The translations under genes were made by a program, and so were the position numbers. A stretch of 62,336 bases of DNA, the filler included. It is 4 parts of 4 records of this genome, joined end to end, with 100 filler letters (N's around TTAATTAATTAA, not from the genome) between each part and the next. Parts side by side here need not be neighbours in the genome. Positions count along the whole stretch, not along the records: positions 54,556 to 62,336 come from SRR20825010_4359; 3 more parts are not named here. One strand, written 5' to 3'. This document shows, one piece after another, positions 57,602 through 62,336 of the stretch; the stretch's first letter is position 1; every line of letters begins with the position of its first letter. The notes beneath the pieces are model-generated. The model searched no databases. It was not told where the DNA came from and was given only the letters and a program-made list of their open reading frames with translations.

Positions 57602-57982
57602 ATGCAAAGACGCCTGGCAGCCATCGTGGTGGTGGGAGCAGCCGTGGCGGCCCTGACCGGCTGCACGGAGTCCCGTTCGACGAGACTTTCCGTGGCACCC
57701 CAGCCGGGGGCCGGTGGCTCGTGGAGCAGTGTGCTGCCTGGTCCCGCCCTGTCGGCGTCGCCGGGCCAGCCGGCACCCGAGTGGATTCTCAGCCGCAACG
57801 ACAGCGAACTCAGCCCGCGGACGGTTGATCCCGTGCTGGCCACGTCCGCGTGGCCGGAGCCTGAGCGGCCGAGCCTGCGGCGTCCGATCCTGATCCGCGT
57901 GTACGAGCAGCCGGGGCGGTACTACTCCTACGGCCCGCAGCGGCGCTACTACGACAACGCGCGGACCCGCTACCGGCGATAA
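57602..57982 (+). CDS. Hypothetical lipoprotein
   Basis: GGGAG RBS, MQRR + hydrophobic stretch + lipobox LTGC; Arg/Tyr-rich C-terminus. Confidence 0.6.
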   Translation: MQRRLAAIVVVGAAVAALTGCTESRSTRLSVAPQPGAGGSWSSVLPGPALSASPGQPAPEWILSRNDSELSPRTVDPVLATSAWPEPERPSLRRPILIRVYEQPGRYYSYGPQRRYYDNARTRYRR

Positions 57983-58112
57983 CCCCCCGGTGGACCATCG
58001 CACCACGATCCGGTGGAGCGTGAGGGACGGCGCCATACTCCGAAAAACAAAAATCGCCCGCCGCAACAACTGCGGACGGGCGTGGGGTGGGGTCAGCGTT
58101 TCGGCTGCGCGG

Positions 58113-59033
58113 TCAGTCGTAGAGACCCGAGACCGTGGGGACCCGGATGTCGCGGAGCTGCAGCGTCGTCTCGACACGGAAGTTGGACTGCGTCGTGTGC
58201 CGCTCGGCAAAGAAGAAGTGGAGGGTGTAGGTCTCCCCGTCCTCGAGCCAGGAGAGGCGGTCGAGGAGGATGGTCTGGTCCATCGCCCCGTGCACACCAC
58301 CGAGGTCGATCACGAGCCTGCCGTCGATGAAGACCCAGACATCGTCGTCGCCGATGAACCTGAACTCCTGCTCGGCGTCTGCGTCGTAGACAAACTCCGT
58401 CGCCAGCTCGAAGGTGAAGTGGAAGTTCTTGCCCGTGTTGTTGTAGTTGCCGAAGAGCTCGTTGTTGATCGGGAAGAACCCGCCGAGGCCAGAGAACATG
58501 GGGTCCTGCTTGTCGTCGAAGACGTACTTGTTCGTGCCCGGCTCGCGGTGCAGGGTGATCGGGAGCGAGCTGCTGAGGTTCACCCCCGGTACGTCGCGGA
58601 ACCACTGCGCGAAGCCCTCGGCGTCGTGGACGGCCAGGCCCGAACTCTCGGCGGCACCGAGCGAATCGCCGTCCATGCCCAGCATGTAGCTGCGGGGCCG
58701 CATGATCTCGTTGCCGTTCCCGTCCTTCCACTGGCGCGTCACCCGGCGGCCCTGGGAGTTGAAGACCGGCTTGCCCTCCTCGTCGAGTTCGTCGGCGCAG
58801 ACATCGATGTAGTGCCCGAATGCGCCGTATCCGTTGGCTTTCTTGGGCTGCCACTGGAAATCGTCGTGCCCGCCCTGCTGGTCACGGCCGAGGAAGTCTC
58901 GGACGGTGCCCGTGAGGGTCACGGCGTCGGGCAGATCATCCCCGTCGTCACTCTGTGCGATCGCGGCATTCGTTCCGCCGACGGCAAAGATGAGAAGGGC
59001 GATCGGGATCGTTCGTTGACTGAGCGGCATCAC
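58113..59033 (-). CDS. Secreted fibro-slime (PA14-like) domain protein
   Basis: Signal peptide, LTGTVRDF, HDDF, FAQWFRDVPGVN, FFPI, NFHFTFE, FIGDDDVWVFIDGRLVIDLGGVH, FFAERHTTQSNFRVET. Confidence 0.88.
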   Translation of the reverse strand: MMPLSQRTIPIALLIFAVGGTNAAIAQSDDGDDLPDAVTLTGTVRDFLGRDQQGGHDDFQWQPKKANGYGAFGHYIDVCADELDEEGKPVFNSQGRRVTRQWKDGNGNEIMRPRSYMLGMDGDSLGAAESSGLAVHDAEGFAQWFRDVPGVNLSSSLPITLHREPGTNKYVFDDKQDPMFSGLGGFFPINNELFGNYNNTGKNFHFTFELATEFVYDADAEQEFRFIGDDDVWVFIDGRLVIDLGGVHGAMDQTILLDRLSWLEDGETYTLHFFFAERHTTQSNFRVETTLQLRDIRVPTVSGLYD

Positions 59034-59183
59034 ACATTCCTCCGTTCCACTGCCGCGGCACGAAATTCACCGCGGCATTCCCCGGAAGACACCGTGCCAA
59101 ACACACCGCGAGAACGCCAGCGGCGGCGGCGGCCAAACGGGGGGATTGGGCTTGATTGTGCGGCCTCTGACAATGGCGCGGGG

Positions 59184-59456
59184 CTATTCCTCGTCAAACC
59201 CAGCCGCGATGAGCCGGTCGAGCGCCTTGAGGGCTTCGGAGGCATCGTCGCCCTCGGCCGTGACCTCGAGCGTGGTGCCCTTTGTGGCCGCGAGCATCAT
59301 CATCTGCATGATCGACTTGCCGTCGACCTCGGTGTCACCCTTGCGGACCCGGACGGTGCTGGAGTAGGCGCTGGCGCAGTCCACAAACGCCATCGCCGGT
59401 CGGGCGTGGAGCCCGAGGCGGTTGACGATCGTGGCATGGAGAGTCTGACGCGCCAA
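59184..59456 (-). CDS. ptsH: Phosphocarrier protein HPr
   Basis: NRLGLHARPA (His15 motif), VDGKSIMQMMML (Ser46 motif), AEGDD; TTG start after GGGAG. Confidence 0.9.
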   Translation of the reverse strand: MARQTLHATIVNRLGLHARPAMAFVDCASAYSSTVRVRKGDTEVDGKSIMQMMMLAATKGTTLEVTAEGDDASEALKALDRLIAAGFDEE

Positions 59457-59522
59457 GGTGCGCTCCCGGGCAGGGAAGGGATGAAACACAGAACGTGACG
59501 GGCACAACGGCCCGACGCCGGA

Positions 59523-59996
59523 TCAGCCGAGCTGCTGCTCGTCGGCCTCGACGAGAAGTGTGCGGACCTCCTCGGCCGAGGTCGCCTGGCGGAGGAACCT
59601 GCGGAACGTGTCCTTGCTCAGATTCTTGAAGATCACCTCCATCGCGTGGAGATGGTCCTCGGGCTGGTCCTCGGGGCTCAGCAGCAGAAAGACCGAGTAG
59701 ACCGGCTGCTTGTCGAGCGCGTTGAAATCCACACCGCCGGCGCTCAGGCCGATCGCGGCGTTCATCTCGGTGATCGACGCGTGCTTGACGTGCGGCACCG
59801 CGACGCCCTTGCCGAAACCCGTGGAGCCTTTCCGCTCTCGGTCGAGCACGCAGCGGATCAGCTCGTCGCGGAGGCCCGCATCGATCGCGCCGGAGGCGAT
59901 CAACGCGTCGAGCAGTTCGGTGATGACCTCGTCCCGCTCCCTGGCGGCAAGCTGGGGGACAACGGCTCCGTCTTTGACAAGCGAGCTGAGCTTCAT
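59523..59996 (-). CDS. PTS EIIA (Fru/Ntr-type) component
   Basis: RERKGSTGFGKGVAVPH, VDFNALDKQPV, FLLLSP; start moved to MKLSS. Confidence 0.9.
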   Translation of the reverse strand: MKLSSLVKDGAVVPQLAARERDEVITELLDALIASGAIDAGLRDELIRCVLDRERKGSTGFGKGVAVPHVKHASITEMNAAIGLSAGGVDFNALDKQPVYSVFLLLSPEDQPEDHLHAMEVIFKNLSKDTFRRFLRQATSAEEVRTLLVEADEQQLG

Positions 59997-60063
59997 GGTG
60001 TTGCGTTCACTCCGAGGGCCCCGGGGGAGGGCGAGCGTGTGTGGTGACGATCGGTCGGCCGGG

Positions 60064-60375
60064 TCAGCGGTGGTTGTTCTGCTTGAGCTTCTCTTTGAAG
60101 TCGTGGAGCTGACGCTGGGCTTTGGCAAACGCCTGATCGACCGCCGCGTAGAGGTCCGGGTCGTGGGCCTTGGCGATGAAATTCGAGTGCTTCTCGACGT
60201 CGATCACCATGTCGACATCGAACCGGCCGTGGGTGTGATGATCGTCCTTGCTCACCGTGATGGTCGTGGCCTGCACACCGTCGAAGTACTTCGGGAACTT
60301 GTCCGCCTTGCTCTGCGCGTAGTCCTTGATCGCGGGCGTGATCTCCAGGTTTCTTCCGACGACATCAATCCGCAT
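60064..60375 (-). CDS. raiA: Ribosome hibernation promoting factor (HPF/RaiA, short form)
   Basis: GRNLEITPAIKDYA, DLYAAVD, RQLHDFKEK; real start at MRIDVVG. Confidence 0.88.
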   Translation of the reverse strand: MRIDVVGRNLEITPAIKDYAQSKADKFPKYFDGVQATTITVSKDDHHTHGRFDVDMVIDVEKHSNFIAKAHDPDLYAAVDQAFAKAQRQLHDFKEKLKQNNHR

Positions 60376-60452
60376 CGGGTCGCTCCGTGGGGGTGTTGCG
60401 TGGCAAGGGCGTCCGGGCCCAAGGGGCATCATATCCCCGTCTGTGCCCCGGC

Positions 60453-61352
60453 TCAGGCCTCGCTCGGCGGAGGGGCGGGCGGCGGCGGAGAATCCGACCC
60501 GGGTGGCGTCGGGGTCGCGAGCGTGCCCCCGCCGCGGCTCTCCAGCGCCTCGTTGGCCAACCGGTCGGGCACGAGCACTCCGCCGGTCACAAAGAACCGC
60601 AGGGCCTCCTCCACGCTCATCGGCAGATCGACCAGCTCGGCCGACGGCAGGTTGATCGCAAACCCGGTGAACGGCGTGGGGCTCGTCGGGATGAACACGG
60701 TCACCACGTCCGCCTGCATCTCCTCGGCGATGAGCTTGAGCGACGGGCCGGTCACCAGCCCGATCGTCCAGATGCCCTTGCGGGGGTACTGGGCCATCAC
60801 CACCCGATTGAACGCGATCGGCCGGTCGCCGAGCACCATCTGCACCACCTGCTTGACGTGCGGGTAGACCTGCTTGAAGCCGGGCACCTTCGCCAGCAGC
60901 GCCTCCAGCCGCTCGTACACGCGGCGGCCGAGATAGCCCCCGAGCAGCCGGCCCGCGAAGTAGATCACCACGATCGCGATGATCAGCCCCGTCGCCTGCA
61001 GATACCAGTGGCTCTGCCACGCGTCGCGGAACTTCGCCCGCCGAAGCAGTTCACGGACCCGCGCGTCGGGCATCTCGTTGATGCTCCGGAACACCCGGCC
61101 CGCTCGGGCCTCGGCGATCTCGGTGTCCTTCACGCGGAACCAGCCCGGCAGCTTCTCCTCGTCCACCAGCCTCGGATAGATCTCGATCACCGCGATGCGC
61201 ACGCCGCGGTTGATCGGCTCGCCGATGTTGTTGTTCAGAAACAGCAGCAGCTGGAACAGAATCCAGAGCGTGAGCACCGAAGGCAACAGGATGCCGAGCC
61301 CGCGGCCGAAGAACCGTCTGAAATCGCCCATGAACGTTTTCTGGTCTGGCAT
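60453..61352 (-). CDS. DUF502 domain membrane protein
   Basis: FGRGLGILLPSVLTLWI, VPGFKQVYPHVKQ, YPRKGIWTIGLVT, VFIPTSPTPFTG, MSVEEALRFFVTGGV. Confidence 0.85.
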   Translation of the reverse strand: MPDQKTFMGDFRRFFGRGLGILLPSVLTLWILFQLLLFLNNNIGEPINRGVRIAVIEIYPRLVDEEKLPGWFRVKDTEIAEARAGRVFRSINEMPDARVRELLRRAKFRDAWQSHWYLQATGLIIAIVVIYFAGRLLGGYLGRRVYERLEALLAKVPGFKQVYPHVKQVVQMVLGDRPIAFNRVVMAQYPRKGIWTIGLVTGPSLKLIAEEMQADVVTVFIPTSPTPFTGFAINLPSAELVDLPMSVEEALRFFVTGGVLVPDRLANEALESRGGGTLATPTPPGSDSPPPPAPPPSEA

Positions 61353-61528
61353 GCTGCTGATTCAATCGGCGAGAGGGTGCGGTTCGCGGGAGTCTGGCAT
61401 CGCAAGAGCGGGTCGTCCACCGAGCGGCATCCATGACCGCCGCGACAGTGTATGTGTTCGCCGCCCGGGCCTTGCGATGCGCACATCCCCCCGCGGCCGT
61501 GCCCACACCCGCGCCGGGGGTGGCCGCC

Positions 61529-61568
61529 AAAAGAAACAGGACCGGGTCGCTCGCGCTTCCCGGTCCTG
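61529..61568 (-). terminator. Intrinsic terminator downstream of the tRNA
   Basis: CAGGACCGGG / CCCGGTCCTG 10-bp stem followed on the minus strand by TTTCTTTT. Confidence 0.65.
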
Positions 61569-61576
61569 ATCCGAAG

Positions 61577-61650
61577 TGGGCCTAACAGGACTTGAACCTG
61601 TGACCTCGCCCTTATCAGGGGCGCGCTCTAGCCAACTGAGCTATAGGCCC
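61577..61650 (-). tRNA. tRNA-Ile (GAT)
   Basis: Minus strand GGGCCTATAGCTCAGTTGGCTAGAGCGCGCCCCTGATAAGGGCGAGGTCACAGGTTCAAGTCCTGTTAGGCCCA folds into a cloverleaf with anticodon GAT; CCA is not encoded. Confidence 0.95.
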
Positions 61651-61712
61651 GCGAGCTTCTCCTTCGGCCCATCGGCCGACGGGCTGCAAGTATAGGGCGA
61701 ACCCGCGCCGAG

Positions 61713-62336
61713 TCATCCCCGTTCGGCCGGCGGATTCATCGCGGCAGCACCCCCGGGCTCGCCCGCCTCCGCCGGGAGCCAGAACACGAACTCGGCCCCG
61801 GGCTCGGCCGGAACCGCCAGCCGCAACTCGCCCCCGAGCGATCTGGCCACAGTCCGGGCCAGGGCCAGCCCCAACCCCAGGCCCGACGAGCCGTCCGCGG
61901 CGTGCGTGCGGGCACGGGTGAACGGGCTGAAGATCCGCCGCCGCTCGCGTGGGGCCACCCCCGGCCCCCGGTCACGCACCCGGAACTCCACCCCGTTGCC
62001 CGCCTCGCGCACTCGGAGCGTCACCCGCCGGTCAGCAGCCTCGGACGCGTACTTGCAGGCGTTGTCCACCAGGTTGCCGAGCACCCGATCCAGCGAGGCC
62101 GCGTCGGCCGCCACCGAAAGAGACTCAGAGAGGTCCACGTCAACCTCCAGGTCCATCCCCGCCTGCTCGGTGCGCTGCTCGAGCAGCGGCACGACCGCCT
62201 CGAGCAACGACCGCACCGGCCGCGGCTCACCGGCGCTGACCCGGTTGCCCGTCCGCGCATAGATCAACACATTCTCCACGATCGTCGCCAGCCGCTCCGA
62301 CTCGCGCTTGAGCGTCGAGAGGTACTCGCGCCGGCG
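61713..62336 (-). CDS. Sensor histidine kinase, C-terminal HATPase part (5' truncated)
   Basis: RESERLATIVENVL, NLVDNACKYA (N box), VRDRGPGV (G1), IFSPF (F), GLGLGL (G2). Confidence 0.92.
   Translation of the reverse strand, partial: RRREYLSTLKRESERLATIVENVLIYARTGNRVSAGEPRPVRSLLEAVVPLLEQRTEQAGMDLEVDVDLSESLSVAADAASLDRVLGNLVDNACKYASEAADRRVTLRVREAGNGVEFRVRDRGPGVAPRERRRIFSPFTRARTHAADGSSGLGLGLALARTVARSLGGELRLAVPAEPGAEFVFWLPAEAGEPGGAAAMNPPAERG

Noticed and set aside
54999-59498. Long plus-strand ORFs (532 aa at 54999, 269 aa at 56588, 502 aa at 57990)
   Set aside because: Antisense shadows of clear minus-strand genes in high-GC DNA, with no recognisable motifs
60064-61020. 318-aa ORF suggesting an N-terminally extended HPF
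   Set aside because: The extension is an off-frame overlap with DUF502; HPF similarity starts at 60375
61577-62336. tRNA as the integration site of a mobile element
   Set aside because: No integrase, att duplication or composition shift nearby
1-62336. CRISPR arrays, transposases, phage or anti-phage defence genes
   Set aside because: No regularly spaced repeat-spacer array and no such protein motifs were recognised

Overview
This window is not one locus. It is four sequence fragments joined by identical 100-nt artificial spacers (44 N + TTAATTAATTAA + 44 N) at 20695-20794, 50424-50523 and 54456-54555. (1) 1-20694 is AT-rich and Flavobacteriaceae-like. It carries the end of an RND efflux operon, a NUDIX/NrtR-family AraR regulator divergent from a complete arabinan/L-arabinose operon (GH51, GH43 x2, GH127, GH51, araB-araD-araA, mutarotase, SSS symporter) with recognisable GT-N7-AC operators, and a LacI regulator. 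(2) 20795-50423 is an alphaproteobacterial fragment (Parvibaculum-like, by inference). It holds a ~24 kb accessory catabolic island: TonB-dependent receptor, MFS, divergent RutA-like flavin monooxygenase, cysteine hydrolase, atypical M20 hydrolase, flavin reductase, its own TonB-ExbB-ExbD-ExbD, two TauD-family dioxygenases, SDR, FMN reductase, orphan Rieske oxygenase, DODA-type dioxygenase, an acetamidase/formamidase next to an AraC-amidase fusion, PfkB, PhoD and a VOC protein. Several sigma54 promoters and NtrC-like boxes sit in its intergenic regions. The island is followed by the core aat/DUF2155/mlaD/NDUFA12/response regulator/nrdJ region. (3) 50524-54455 is alphaproteobacterial: end of nrdB, membrane proteins, GH17, MFS. 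(4) 54556-62336 is very GC-rich and Planctomycetota (Phycisphaerales)-like: dTDP-rhamnose genes, a fibro-slime protein, HPr-EIIA-HPF, DUF502, tRNA-Ile and a histidine kinase end. The best candidate for an undescribed system is the apparently nitrogen-regulated, non-canonical Rut-like uptake and catabolism island with its AraC-amidase fusion. All taxonomy and function calls come from motif recognition only; no searches were run.
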